A DNA stretch of 64,000 bases, taken from the NCBI GenBank assembly GCA_023474215.1, contig JAMCYI010000011.1, forward strand, positions 16,739 through 80,738, in the 5' to 3' direction. The notes beneath the pieces are model-generated. The model saw only the letters and a list, made by a program, of their open reading frames with translations, was not told where the DNA came from and searched no databases. Source of the stretch: Patescibacteria group bacterium. Its GTDB lineage: Bacteria; Patescibacteriota; Minisyncoccia; UBA6257; GWB1-50-10. Both the position numbers and the translations under genes were made by a program. Numbering within the stretch: the stretch's first letter is position 1; each line of letters opens with the position of its first letter. This document shows positions 43,507-53,927 of this stretch, piece after piece.

Positions 43507-44370
43507 TTATTGTATACGAAAAATCCTCGCCGCGTTTGCAACTGTCGCTTCCGCCATCTCGCCGGCAGAAATCCCCTTTATTTCCGCAAGCTTCTTCACG
43601 GTTTCGATGACATATACGGGTTCGTTCCGATGTCCGCGGTACGGAACCGGTGCCACGTACGGCGCATCGGTTTCCGAGAGTATCCGGTCAAGGGGGAGAT
43701 ATTTCACGAGCGTCGCATAATCGGGCATACCGGCCTTCGGCGGATAGGTAACGGTGCCACCGAATGTGAAACTAAAGCCCATCTCAAGGAGCTTTTTCGC
43801 ATCGTCTTCGGTGCCGGTAAAGAAATGGATGATGCCCGGAATGGTATTTAGTATTTTGTAGTTAGCATTAAGTATATGAATTAAATCATTGAAAGCATCG
43901 CGGCAGTGGATCATCAATGGCTTTCCGACATCGTGCGCCAATTTTATCTGCCCGAGAAATGCCTCTTTCTGCCGGTGTTTCATTTCAGCTTCATCTCCTT
44001 CGATATGATAATAGTCGAGACCGCATTCGCCGATCGCGACCGTCTTCTGGTCGAGCGCCAGTTCTTTGTAATATTCGTAATCGAATTCCTCGCCGCGGCT
44101 CGTGAATGCTTTCGCCGCATCTCCCCCGCCCAGCTCATTCTCGTCGTGATGCGATTTTGCGGTATGGACGGGGTGGAGGCCGATCGCAGCATAGACCGGA
44201 TCGCTTTCAAATTCGTTGGCAACTTCCACGGCCCGGCGCGAGGTATCTTTTTGCGTCCCGACGTTCACCAAGCCGACCCCGGCATCAAGCGCCCGTCGAA
44301 TCGTGTCGCGGTAATCGTCTTTGAACGCCGAAAAGTGAGCGTGGGTATGAGCGTCGAAAAATTGATTCAT
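43507..44370 (-). CDS. tatD: TatD family DNase
   Basis: DAHTH, GLHP, IGECGLDY, IHCR, IHFF and ETDAPY. Confidence 0.95.
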   Translation of the reverse strand: MNQFFDAHTHAHFSAFKDDYRDTIRRALDAGVGLVNVGTQKDTSRRAVEVANEFESDPVYAAIGLHPVHTAKSHHDENELGGGDAAKAFTSRGEEFDYEYYKELALDQKTVAIGECGLDYYHIEGDEAEMKHRQKEAFLGQIKLAHDVGKPLMIHCRDAFNDLIHILNANYKILNTIPGIIHFFTGTEDDAKKLLEMGFSFTFGGTVTYPPKAGMPDYATLVKYLPLDRILSETDAPYVAPVPYRGHRNEPVYVIETVKKLAEIKGISAGEMAEATVANAARIFRIQ

Positions 44371-44441
44371 GTATTGAATTATAGACGAAATAATTCTACT
44401 ATAGGAACCAGTTTGTTTCACAATATATAAGGACCTTCATC

Positions 44442-45074
44442 ATGTTCAAAATAGTAATCTCCGACCTCGACGGCACCCTCGTGGATTCCGCCGGCTTCTA
44501 CTACCGATCATCGGTAAGCATCTTCAAGACCTTCGGCATTCACCCTCCAAGCTTCCAAACCTTCCGCGGAGAAATAACGGGGAATATACCCGGTTTTTTC
44601 TACCGGCACGGTATGAGCCATTCGGTTGCCCCTGAAACCATAGATAAAATGACTCTTTCCTATGTCCGTGAACATTGGCAGGAATACACCATACACCCCG
44701 GCGCACGAACTGCGCTTGCACTTTGCCGAGGGCTCAATATCCCCTTCTTCATCGTGAGCCATAACCTCGACGGCGTGATCAAGAAGGCTATTAAGAAGTT
44801 CGAGTTAGGGCTTTTCGTCACCGGAGCCATTTCTTCCGGCAATAAGAGCGAGTCTCTCTTTGCCATCGTGCGGAAGTATGGTGTTTCACCTCAAGATGTT
44901 TTGTTTATGGATGACACGGCAAGCGGAATACGGGATGGCAAGAATGCTGGCGTCGCAACGTTGGGTTTCCTCGGTGGGTATGAATCAAAATGGAAGATCA
45001 GCCGGGCCCGACCCGATTTTAAAACCGCCAGTTTTCAGGACGTCATGAAGGTGATCGTCCGGCGTCGGATTTAG
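44442..45074 (+). CDS. HAD-superfamily hydrolase
   Basis: SDLDGTLVDS and FMDDTASG. Confidence 0.85.
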   Translation: MFKIVISDLDGTLVDSAGFYYRSSVSIFKTFGIHPPSFQTFRGEITGNIPGFFYRHGMSHSVAPETIDKMTLSYVREHWQEYTIHPGARTALALCRGLNIPFFIVSHNLDGVIKKAIKKFELGLFVTGAISSGNKSESLFAIVRKYGVSPQDVLFMDDTASGIRDGKNAGVATLGFLGGYESKWKISRARPDFKTASFQDVMKVIVRRRI

Positions 45075-46549
45075 CGGAGGCGAGTAAACAACAACTCGCC
45101 TCTTTTCGTTTTTACGCTGCCCTCTTTCCAAACGATACTCTTCGTTATCTTTTCCGCGGTACCAGGTAGAAACGGCCCGATCATGGCGGCAACGTTGTCC
45201 AAGATGGCGATGAGATCGAAAACCGCTTTCTCCTTTTCCCCGTGATCGGAAGCGGCCCATGGCTTTTTATCGTTCACATATCCGTCTCCGAACCCGATGA
45301 GACTCCAAACGGCGCCGAGTGCTTCATGGAATTTGAATTCGTCGAGAGCTGCCGTCATTTTTTTCTTCGTTTCGTCGATCTTTTCCGCAACATCTTCTGA
45401 AACTTCGCGGCTTTTCATTTCACCGAGCCCTTCGCCGAGCGCGAGAACGCGCGCTGCAAAGTTGCCGAGACCGTTCGCCAAATTCGCGTGATAACTTTTA
45501 TCGAACTTGTCCCACGTAAAATCACCGTCTTCAAAGGGAACTAGATCGTGAAGGAGCCAAAAGCGGAGCGCGTCCGTGCCGTATTTTTCGACGACATCGA
45601 ACGGGCCCACGACGTTCCCCAGGCTTTTCGACATTTTTTGGCCGTTTGAATTCACAAACCCGTGGATCAGTATTTGCCGCGACGTCGGGAGACCGGCCGA
45701 CATGAGCATTGCCTGCCACATGGCAGATTGCTGGCGGAGATTGTCCTTGCCGGCGACCTGCAAAGCATTCGGGTGCTCATTCGTCCCCCAAAAGCGTCTG
45801 AAATTTTCTTGATCCTCCGGCCAGCCGAGCGTTGAAACATAGTTCACCAGAGCGTCGAACCAAACGTACATCACATGTTCATCGTCTCCCGGGACCGGCA
45901 CGCCCCACGGCATTTTCGACTTGAGCCGCGAGATGCTGAAATCTTGGAGCCCCGCAGAAACGAAATTCCTTATTTCCGTAAGGCGGTGGGGAGGTAAAAC
46001 GAAATCGGGGTATTTTTCATAGAGATCGAGGAGCGGCTTTTGATATTTCGAGAAACGGAAGAAATAATTTTCTTCTTCAATGACTTCGATCTTCAAATTG
46101 GGATGAATGGGACACATGCCGTCCACGAGCTCCGACTCCGTCTTCTCCAATTCGCAGCCGACGCAGTATTTGATCTGATAATTTTTTTTGTAAATATCGC
46201 CTCTCGCATCACACCGCTTCCAAAACTCCTCGACGGCGGCGACGTGGTGCGGATCCGTCGTCCGAATGAAGTTCGTGTAACTCAAGTCGAGCGCCGAACG
46301 GAGCTTGTCGAATTCAGCCGCTTTTTCGTCGACATACGCCGTTACGTCTTTCCCCGCTTCCTTGGCATTCCGATATATCTTTTGCCCGTGCTCATCCGTG
46401 CCGGTATTGAAAACGACGTTTTCGCCCAAAAAGCCGCGGTGGTAGCGCGCAATGGCGTCCGCTTGGACGATTTCCAAAGCGAAGCCGATGTGCGGTGACG
46501 CATTCACATACGGCAAGGTGGTCGTGATGTAAAAATCTTTCTTTTCCAT
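45071..46549 (-). CDS. metG: Methionine--tRNA ligase (short form)
   Basis: YVNASPHIGF, TGTDEHGQK, YVWFDAL and KMSKS. Confidence 0.97.
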   Translation of the reverse strand: MEKKDFYITTTLPYVNASPHIGFALEIVQADAIARYHRGFLGENVVFNTGTDEHGQKIYRNAKEAGKDVTAYVDEKAAEFDKLRSALDLSYTNFIRTTDPHHVAAVEEFWKRCDARGDIYKKNYQIKYCVGCELEKTESELVDGMCPIHPNLKIEVIEEENYFFRFSKYQKPLLDLYEKYPDFVLPPHRLTEIRNFVSAGLQDFSISRLKSKMPWGVPVPGDDEHVMYVWFDALVNYVSTLGWPEDQENFRRFWGTNEHPNALQVAGKDNLRQQSAMWQAMLMSAGLPTSRQILIHGFVNSNGQKMSKSLGNVVGPFDVVEKYGTDALRFWLLHDLVPFEDGDFTWDKFDKSYHANLANGLGNFAARVLALGEGLGEMKSREVSEDVAEKIDETKKKMTAALDEFKFHEALGAVWSLIGFGDGYVNDKKPWAASDHGEKEKAVFDLIAILDNVAAMIGPFLPGTAEKITKSIVWKEGSVKTKRGELLFTRLR

Positions 46550-46560
46550 CCTCTTCGAAC

Positions 46561-47592
46561 CTATTCGAAATCAAGTTCCAGACGTTTCGATTTCTTCTCC
46601 GCCAGGTAGTCGAAAATTTCTTGAACAAGGACCGCCACCGGCACGGAAAGGATGATGCCCGTGAATCCCGCAATTTCACCTCCCGCGAGGACCGAAACGA
46701 GAACGATCACCGGGTGCACCCGCATGCTCTTTCCGACGAAAATCGGTATCAAGACGTGGTTTTCAACCTGCTGAATGACAATGAAGAAAATAACCGCGTA
46801 AATCGCCAAGCTCACGGAATACGAGGCTGCGACAACAAACGCAATGAGCCCGGTGACGATCGGCCCGATGACGGGAACGATCTCGAGAATCCCAGCGATG
46901 ACGCCGAGAAGGATCGGGTACTTGACGCCGATCAAGAACATCCCGACGAAAACCGCCATGCCGACGAAAAGAGAAAGTGCGAGCTGCGTCGCAAACCACC
47001 GGCGCATTTTCCGTTCGTAATTTTTGAAGACGGTCATAACCGACCGTTCGTAGGAACCGGGCAAAATAACCTCGAGCATCCGTTCTGCCCCATGGCGCTC
47101 CACCGAAAGATAAAGCGTTACGATGACGGCCGAGAAGACGAGAACAATGTCTGTGATAAGGGACCAAAACGTCGCCGTGATCGAAAAGTTGATGGTGGAA
47201 AGGAACGTCGAAATTTGATCCAGGCCTGATTGGGCGCTTTGAATGGAAGGAAGTACGAACTTGATGCCCGGCAGCGTCGGAATGATCTCATTCAGCCGGC
47301 CGACGAAACCGGAAAATTCGACTATAAGGACGGGGATGACGAGATACAAGAAAAGTCCGACGACCGCGACCGAAAGGATAAAAATGGTGATCGTCGCAAG
47401 GATCCTCCCGAATTTCAATTTCTCGCTCAAAAATCCGACGACCGGTTCAACGCCGAGAGACAAGACGACGCCGACCAAAAGCACCGCGAAAGCGTCCCGC
47501 GCAAAATACAAAAGGAGGGCGAATCCGATGAATATGAAGATGCGCCACAGCGCCGTCCACCCTACTTCCAACTTTTGAGATGATTGGCTCAC
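46561..47592 (-). CDS. AI-2E (PerM) family transporter
   Basis: Multi-TM; VPVIGP, QQVENHVLIP and GIILSVP. Confidence 0.9.
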   Translation of the reverse strand: MSQSSQKLEVGWTALWRIFIFIGFALLLYFARDAFAVLLVGVVLSLGVEPVVGFLSEKLKFGRILATITIFILSVAVVGLFLYLVIPVLIVEFSGFVGRLNEIIPTLPGIKFVLPSIQSAQSGLDQISTFLSTINFSITATFWSLITDIVLVFSAVIVTLYLSVERHGAERMLEVILPGSYERSVMTVFKNYERKMRRWFATQLALSLFVGMAVFVGMFLIGVKYPILLGVIAGILEIVPVIGPIVTGLIAFVVAASYSVSLAIYAVIFFIVIQQVENHVLIPIFVGKSMRVHPVIVLVSVLAGGEIAGFTGIILSVPVAVLVQEIFDYLAEKKSKRLELDFE

Positions 47593-48857
47593 ACCTTCAA
47601 TATATCAAGAAAGCTTCGTTTCTTGAAGGGGCCGATAACGGCCAAGTTCAACCGATCGTTCCGGATGATCTGCCCCATGACGCTCCGGATCTGGTCCGCC
47701 GTCACGGCATTGATGCTTTTCGCAACTTCCTGGGGGGTCGAAAGCTTCAAACCGAAGATCTCTTGCGCCGCATAAAAAGACGCCAGCTCATCGGATCCCT
47801 CGAGCGCCATGAATAAATTCCCGATGAGGTGCTCTTTGGCGCGCTTCAATTCTTGAACTCCCACCGGTTCTTTCGCTATTCGGTCGAATTCCTTGAGAGC
47901 TGCCTTCAATACCATATCGATCTTTTCATGTTCGACGCCGGCCGACATTTCGAGGAGTCCGTGATCGACATATAAGTCCGCGTCGGTACGCACATAGTAC
48001 GCCGCACCGAGTTCCTCGCGTACTTTTTGAAACAAGCGCGAGCTCATTCCCCCGCCCATGATATCGGCGGCGACTTGAAGGGGGTATCGCCGCTTGTCGA
48101 ACACGTCGAACGCCCGGAATCCCACAATCAAGTGCGATTGATCGACGTCTTTGAATGAAACGAGCTCTTTCGGCCTCCTTTGTGATTCTTTCGTTTTTGG
48201 TTTTGCGCCTTTCTTGCCCGCCGGTAACTCCTTGAAATAACCTTCGGTCTTCTTCAATAAGTCGCGCGTTGCATGCCCGCCGGAGATTGTCACGATCGTC
48301 GATTGCGGTAAGTAATGCCGTCCGCGGTAATCGACGAAGTCGTCACGCGTGAGGCGCCTGATGATCTCTTTCTTTCCGCCGATATCCCAACCAGCTGGCT
48401 GATCGCCATACACCAGATTCATAAAGAGCTCTGCGACCCGCCGCATCGGCGTGTCTTCGTACATATTGAGCTCTTGAATGATGACGCCCCGCTCTTTTTC
48501 GATTTCTTGATGCTCGAACGTCGGATCCAAATACATGTCTGCGACGACGTCCAAGATTTCTGCGGCGTTTTCATTCTTCGCTTTTGCGTAATAACTCGTT
48601 GATTCCTGCGACGTGAAAGCGTTGTATTGCGCGCCGAGCCCGTCGAGTTCGGCTGCAATATCCATTGCCGTGGGGCGCTTGTGCGTTCCCTTGAAGCACA
48701 TGTGCTCTAAGAAATGCGAAAGGCCGTTGATGTTCTTCGTTTCGTATTCCGATCCAGCTTCGACGGAAACCATGACGGTCGTCGTCAAATTTTGCGACTC
48801 CGGCACCAGGATCACCCGGAGGCCGTTTTTCAGTTTGAATCGTTGCGGTTTTGTCAT
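47589..48857 (-). CDS. M16 family metallopeptidase
   Basis: HFLEHMCFKGT, NAFTS and SSRLFQKVREELG; ATG at 48857. Confidence 0.95.
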   Translation of the reverse strand: MTKPQRFKLKNGLRVILVPESQNLTTTVMVSVEAGSEYETKNINGLSHFLEHMCFKGTHKRPTAMDIAAELDGLGAQYNAFTSQESTSYYAKAKNENAAEILDVVADMYLDPTFEHQEIEKERGVIIQELNMYEDTPMRRVAELFMNLVYGDQPAGWDIGGKKEIIRRLTRDDFVDYRGRHYLPQSTIVTISGGHATRDLLKKTEGYFKELPAGKKGAKPKTKESQRRPKELVSFKDVDQSHLIVGFRAFDVFDKRRYPLQVAADIMGGGMSSRLFQKVREELGAAYYVRTDADLYVDHGLLEMSAGVEHEKIDMVLKAALKEFDRIAKEPVGVQELKRAKEHLIGNLFMALEGSDELASFYAAQEIFGLKLSTPQEVAKSINAVTADQIRSVMGQIIRNDRLNLAVIGPFKKRSFLDILKV

Positions 48858-48931
48858 GTGTTCATTATAACTGCTCAAAAAAGAAAACGACAAGCGCACG
48901 CTTGTCGTTTCCTCCGTCGAACCAATTGAAT

Positions 48932-49852
48932 TTATTGGAGAGTGAAGACGCTGCTTATGGCCGGCGTTCCGCCCTTCCCGTCGATACCGATGGATATCTT
49001 ATAGCTCCCGCTTGGAATGGAAGGGTCATATCCCCAAGCATAACTTCCCGTATCAGGAATATCGTCCGCAATGACCTTGACGATGTTGCCGCTTGTATTC
49101 AACAGGGTTATGCCGACCGTTTGGCCGGCTACCCCCTTGTCCATCCACTGGATGGTCATGATGACGTCCTTTCCGCCATTGGACCACACGCTGCCCGCCT
49201 GCGGACTTTTAATGACTACCGGCGAAGTAGAAGGCGCCACCCCAAGACTAATCCCCTCTTTGTCGCTACCCAAGACATTCCCGGTTGAGTTATAAGCAAC
49301 GAGACCAAGGGTCACTGTTGCGGGAACGTCCGAGTTATTGATGGCCGGTATGGTGAGTGCAAGATAATCCTGGGTGGGATCGTACATATCGACTGTACTG
49401 AATTTCAGCGTCGTCCCGCAGATATTTTCTCCGTTCTTCCCGGAAACCGTTACCTCTTCGGGGCAGCTGATAGAAAGGTTCCAGTAAGAGACTGCTTTAT
49501 TTTGAGGATATCCGGCAATCGAGACATTCGCGAATGCGCCGTTGGAAGACTGACCCTGGATATTTATCTTGAGAGTCACCGGGACTTGGACTACCGGGGA
49601 CGCCGAGGTGATCGGCGCCGGAATTGGAGCTTGAGGATTCGTCGAATTTACCGCAGTGGCCGTACTGCCCCCCAAAGCAACCTGAACCTTCGCTATCGTA
49701 CTGACATCTGCCCCGAAAGCCTGCAAGAGATTAACGATCGCTTGAATTTGCGACGAGGTGAGGCCGCTCGCGTACGTCTTCCCGCCTACAAAAACGACGC
49801 CGAGAATTATGATGAACGAAAAAACTGCAACGATAAATTTGTTGTGTTTCAT
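48932..49852 (-). CDS. Secreted protein with Ig-like domains
   Basis: Signal peptide; LTSSQIQAIVNLLQAFGAD N-terminal motif; SPQAGSVW...DTGSYAW C-terminal domain. Confidence 0.7.
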   Translation of the reverse strand: MKHNKFIVAVFSFIIILGVVFVGGKTYASGLTSSQIQAIVNLLQAFGADVSTIAKVQVALGGSTATAVNSTNPQAPIPAPITSASPVVQVPVTLKINIQGQSSNGAFANVSIAGYPQNKAVSYWNLSISCPEEVTVSGKNGENICGTTLKFSTVDMYDPTQDYLALTIPAINNSDVPATVTLGLVAYNSTGNVLGSDKEGISLGVAPSTSPVVIKSPQAGSVWSNGGKDVIMTIQWMDKGVAGQTVGITLLNTSGNIVKVIADDIPDTGSYAWGYDPSIPSGSYKISIGIDGKGGTPAISSVFTLQ

Positions 49853-49910
49853 ATTTTGATTTTTAATGTTTTTACTTTTTAACTATCCTTCCCCCGACCT
49901 TTCTTAAGGA

Positions 49911-51248
49911 TCACCTCAAGTGCTCTTTGAGATATGCCTCCAATTCTCCGATCTTCACCCGCTCCTGCCGCATGGTATCGCGGTCGCGGACGGTCACGTC
50001 GTCCTGTTCCAGACTGTCGAAATCGACGGTGACGCAGAAGGGCGTCCCCGCTTCGTCCTGCGTGCGGTATCGCTTGCCGATATTCCCCCGGTCGTCCCAC
50101 GCAACCATCATGTCTTTTTTCAAATCGTCGTAGATCTTCTTCGCGGTTTTCACGAGATCGGGCTTATTCGCGAGGAGCGGAAAGACCGCCGCCTTGTACG
50201 GCGCGAGACGCGGATGCACATGAAGCACCGTCCTCGTTTCTCCCTCTTTCACCTTTTCTTCCTCATATGCATTCATAAGGAAAAAGAGCGTCGCCCGATC
50301 CACGCCGCCGGATGTTTCAATGATGTGCGGCAGGAATTTTTCTTTCGTTTCTTCGTCAAAGTACGCCATATCTTCGCCCGAAAATTCCTGGTGCCTTCTC
50401 ACGTCCCAATCGCCGCGGTGATGGATGCCCTCCATCTCTTTCCACTCGCCCTCCGCGTTATACTCAATATCGAATGCCGCCTTCGCATAGTGTGCAAGCT
50501 CGTCTTTTGCGTGTTCCTTGAGCCGCAAATTCTCCTCCTTCATGCCGAGCGAAACATACCAATCCATCCGTTTTTTCTTCCAGTACTCAAAAACTTCCAT
50601 CGACTGCTTGAGATCGGGACGGACATAATACTGAAGTTCCATCTGTTCGAATTCGCGCGAACGGAACGTGAAGCCGCCGGGCGTGATCTCGTTCCGGAAG
50701 GCTTTGCCGATCTGCGCGACGCCGAACGGGATTTTCACGCGCGTCGAGCTCAAAACATTTTTGAAATTCACGTGGACGCCCTGCGTGATCTCGCCCCGCA
50801 AGTATGTCTTTTGCTTTTCGCCTTCGATGACGCCGAGGTACGTTTCAACCATCAAATTGAACTGCTTCGGTTCCGTCCAGTCACTCGCGCCGCACGTTGG
50901 GCACTTGACGTCTTTCGAAATTCGAAATTCGCCATTCGGAATTCCGATTTCGTCCTCGCGAAATCGGGCATGGCATTTTTTGCACTCGACGAGCGGATCG
51001 GAAAAGGACGTCAAATGCCCCGAGGCTTCCCACACCTTCGGGTTCATGATGATCGCGGCATCGAGGCCAACGACATCGCTTCGTTCCTGGACCATCGATC
51101 TCCAAAATTCGTTCTTGATATTGCGCTTCAGTTCCGCTCCGAGGGGGCCGTAATCCCACGTGCCCGCGAGACCGCCGTAGATCTCGCTCCCGGGAAAAAT
51201 GAACCCGCGGCGCTTGGCCAAACTCGCCACTTTTTCCCAAATGTCCAT
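49911..51248 (-). CDS. glyS: Glycine--tRNA ligase (alpha2 type)
   Basis: KRRGFIFPGSEIYGG, YLRGEITQG, GKAFRNEI, REFEQME and an anticodon-binding domain. Confidence 0.97.
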   Translation of the reverse strand: MDIWEKVASLAKRRGFIFPGSEIYGGLAGTWDYGPLGAELKRNIKNEFWRSMVQERSDVVGLDAAIIMNPKVWEASGHLTSFSDPLVECKKCHARFREDEIGIPNGEFRISKDVKCPTCGASDWTEPKQFNLMVETYLGVIEGEKQKTYLRGEITQGVHVNFKNVLSSTRVKIPFGVAQIGKAFRNEITPGGFTFRSREFEQMELQYYVRPDLKQSMEVFEYWKKKRMDWYVSLGMKEENLRLKEHAKDELAHYAKAAFDIEYNAEGEWKEMEGIHHRGDWDVRRHQEFSGEDMAYFDEETKEKFLPHIIETSGGVDRATLFFLMNAYEEEKVKEGETRTVLHVHPRLAPYKAAVFPLLANKPDLVKTAKKIYDDLKKDMMVAWDDRGNIGKRYRTQDEAGTPFCVTVDFDSLEQDDVTVRDRDTMRQERVKIGELEAYLKEHLR

Positions 51249-51297
51249 GTACTCAATTGTAAATGAAAAACTATTCTCTTGCCAAACCGAGGAGACG

Positions 51298-51548
51298 GAT
51301 TTCCAATGCTCCGGCAATATTCACTCGGGGGGTATTGGAAATCTCAAAAGTAATGGCAACGCCCCCCGAACGAGTATTGCTGGAATGAGCGTCAAAATCA
51401 CCGAAGCTTTGAGGAAGGAGCAGGAAAAGAGGACTGTTTGAATCCCGAAGCGGAGCGAGGTTGAGTTCCGCATTTTCCGTTACGCATGACGATAAGCGAG
51501 GATGATTTTAGCGAATGGAGGCCTATGAGAGAGGAGGGTGTTGCCATT
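51298..51548 (+). other. Structured intergenic region with nested and alternative inverted repeats
   Basis: Stems 51298-312/51329-343, 51311-332/51362-383, 51352-364/51536-548 and 51394-400/51503-509. Confidence 0.55.
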
Positions 51549-51577
51549 CCCTCTTGAGGAGAAAAATGAAGAAAGTC

Positions 51578-53371
51578 CTACTGAGTAACGACGCCGGAAC
51601 CCGGCGCAACGCTCGAGTCGTCCGGCAAAGCCGTCGTCACCGGCCCCGCGGAGATGTTCACGGTCGCGCCCGTAAAGTTATCCGTTGCCTGAAGATTGCT
51701 CGCGCCCAGAAGACCTTCATACGAACCGATAAAATCTGAGCTCGGCGTCGCCGAAACTTGAAACACGGCTTCTGCCGGACCGCCGAGGAACCCGCTTCCG
51801 GCAAAGATATTCCCGATGTTCCACACCATGCTTTCGGTCGACGTGTCGTATGAAATCGAAGATGATGCAACCGTCGTCGTCGCAAAACCAGTCCAGGTAA
51901 CGCCCGTCGGAAGCGGAGCCGACACGACGGCATTGCTCAAGTCGTTCCCAAAATCGCTGATCTTCCAGTGAATCGAGTACTCCGTGGCACTCCCGACGTG
52001 GGGCGGGAAAGGACCCGAGTTTTGCACGGCGGACGACGGATCGTTTGTATAACCTTTTGCGCTGAAGTAAACCAAACTCGAGATCTTCGTTTCTTCCGTC
52101 GTTTCAGCGAACGTTTGATTGCCGGACACGTAGTACGGCACCGACGGCGATGAAAGTACGACATCTGCTTTGACATACAAATTCTTATTCGAAAGTCCCT
52201 GCAGGGAAACGGGCGCGGAGAGCGTCGTCGAAAGGGTAAGGTTCAAACTTCCGACCGTGCTGGGTTCGACGAACGCGAGGGCCGGCGTCGTCGATGAATT
52301 CCACGTCACGGTTCTTGTCGAAGGATTGAAAATTCCGTCCGTCTTCACGCTCGACCAGTCCGCAAAACCGGAAAGGATCGCTTTCACGACGACATCCTTC
52401 AAAGCGATCCCGCTTTGATTGTTGTACTGGATCGAATAGTTCAACGTATCCACCGGCTTTGCGACGTAATTGTCCGATCCGTTCACGGTGACACTCACGC
52501 CGATCGGCGAAGGTGAAAGGGAAAACGTGGCTTGGTAGTCGGCAATGTCGTAGTTTTGGCCGTTCAAAACGGCGTACAGCTTCAAGGGTATCGTAAATGA
52601 AGAGGCGCTTGAGTCGGTGAATACCCCCTTGATGGTTACGGTTCCGGTCGCGTTCGCCGCAGCCGAACCGAGCGCGAAGGTGTTGGCGAGGGTCGCAGCC
52701 GGAGCGCTCGCCGACTTGAATTGAAACGAACTCGGGAAGTCCGCTTCGAGGATCATCGCGGGAAAATTAAAATCGGAACTGTTGGCATAATTGACATCGA
52801 ACGAAAGGGCGGAGCCGTTCAATATTTGATCCGGCTTTGTAACGCTCATTGCGACGGCCGAATTGGATAAAAGAACTTTCACTTCTTGCTTCACCTCGAA
52901 GCGGCTTCCCGTTTGATTGAAATAAAAGAACGAAACGTCCAATGTTTGGCTGGAATTCAAATCGCCGACCGGGATCACTTGATAGCTCTTTTTCACGAGA
53001 TCTCCAACCCCTACGTCGCCTGTATTTTCCGAGTAAACGCTTCCGCTCGTCGTCGAGTTCCAAATCAAAAGTCCGTTCGAGAGGGTTACGGCGATCGACG
53101 AGTTCGTGATCGGATTGCCGGACACGTTCGTTATGTTGAGATCCAGTTCGAAAGGAACCCCGCGCGAGACGTCGGTCGGCGCCGTGACTTCCAAATCGAC
53201 CCCCTTCGGCTGATTCAAGTAGTACGTAATGAACGCAACGCCGGCGATGATCACGGCGAGGCCGACGAAGATCATTCCCCAAAGGACTTTGGGGATCCAA
53301 GCCGAAACCGTCCTCTTGGCGGAGGACTTTCTGAATTTTTTCAATCTTTTTTCTATATCCGAGATTGCCAT
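51578..53371 (-). CDS. Membrane-anchored multi-Ig (DUF11-like) protein
   Basis: TM helix; repeated beta-rich domains (DTLNYSIQYNNQSG; NSGPFPPHVG). Confidence 0.7.
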   Translation of the reverse strand: MAISDIEKRLKKFRKSSAKRTVSAWIPKVLWGMIFVGLAVIIAGVAFITYYLNQPKGVDLEVTAPTDVSRGVPFELDLNITNVSGNPITNSSIAVTLSNGLLIWNSTTSGSVYSENTGDVGVGDLVKKSYQVIPVGDLNSSQTLDVSFFYFNQTGSRFEVKQEVKVLLSNSAVAMSVTKPDQILNGSALSFDVNYANSSDFNFPAMILEADFPSSFQFKSASAPAATLANTFALGSAAANATGTVTIKGVFTDSSASSFTIPLKLYAVLNGQNYDIADYQATFSLSPSPIGVSVTVNGSDNYVAKPVDTLNYSIQYNNQSGIALKDVVVKAILSGFADWSSVKTDGIFNPSTRTVTWNSSTTPALAFVEPSTVGSLNLTLSTTLSAPVSLQGLSNKNLYVKADVVLSSPSVPYYVSGNQTFAETTEETKISSLVYFSAKGYTNDPSSAVQNSGPFPPHVGSATEYSIHWKISDFGNDLSNAVVSAPLPTGVTWTGFATTTVASSSISYDTSTESMVWNIGNIFAGSGFLGGPAEAVFQVSATPSSDFIGSYEGLLGASNLQATDNFTGATVNISAGPVTTALPDDSSVAPGSGVVTQ

Positions 53372-53384
53372 ATAAGTGCAGCGG

Positions 53385-53921
53385 TCACTTCAAATATAGT
53401 AAATTATTTTCATTTATTTTTGAACCGCAGGATTCGCACAGAAACTCTTGGCTTCCTTCGTTGAAGAACGCGATGTCCGATGCGCCGCACCACGTGCACG
53501 ATGCATGGCGCGGGTCATATCCCAAAACGGAGATGAGGGCGACGAGGTCGAAAGCGCCGGATCGGAGCGAATGAACGAGAAGGTTCCACAACGCGGGATC
53601 AGGAACCGCTTCCGGGGAAATCGTCCGAAGGACGCTTGCCGCCCGCAAAGCTTTTGCAAGAAACTCCTCCTTCCCCTTCGACGCCCTAAAATCATCCTCC
53701 ACGACCGCGTCGGTCAAGGTGAGCGCGTTCTTTTCCACGATCTTCACCGTTGCGAGATTGCATGTGTCCAAATGGGGGGAAAGCTTCGAGACGATTTTTT
53801 TTCCTCCCGGCGCCCGTACGCGAACCCTACCGAGATCCTCCGTATAGAAATCGAAGATCTTGTCGTGCTCCTTGCTGTTTTTGAAGCCGAGAACGATGGC
53901 TCTCGTGACGTATTCGGACAT
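53385..53921 (-). CDS. recO: DNA repair protein RecO (short)
   Basis: TRAIVL...EHDKIFDFYTEDLGRV..A.G.KKI.SKL OB-fold; C-terminal CxxC...CxxC. Confidence 0.85.
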   Translation of the reverse strand: MSEYVTRAIVLGFKNSKEHDKIFDFYTEDLGRVRVRAPGGKKIVSKLSPHLDTCNLATVKIVEKNALTLTDAVVEDDFRASKGKEEFLAKALRAASVLRTISPEAVPDPALWNLLVHSLRSGAFDLVALISVLGYDPRHASCTWCGASDIAFFNEGSQEFLCESCGSKINENNLLYLK

Positions 53922-53927
53922 ATTCGC

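Noticed and set aside
49920-51266. 448-aa plus-strand ORF (likewise 21517..22917, 9136..9915, 39866..40891 and 38332..39180)
   Set aside because: These are antisense shadows of well-supported genes with no recognisable motifs.
51249-51577. Glycine T-box riboswitch upstream of glyS
   Set aside because: There is no clear GGTGGNACC T-box or terminator on the sense strand, and a -10 box lies 7 nt before the glyS ATG, implying a leaderless mRNA.
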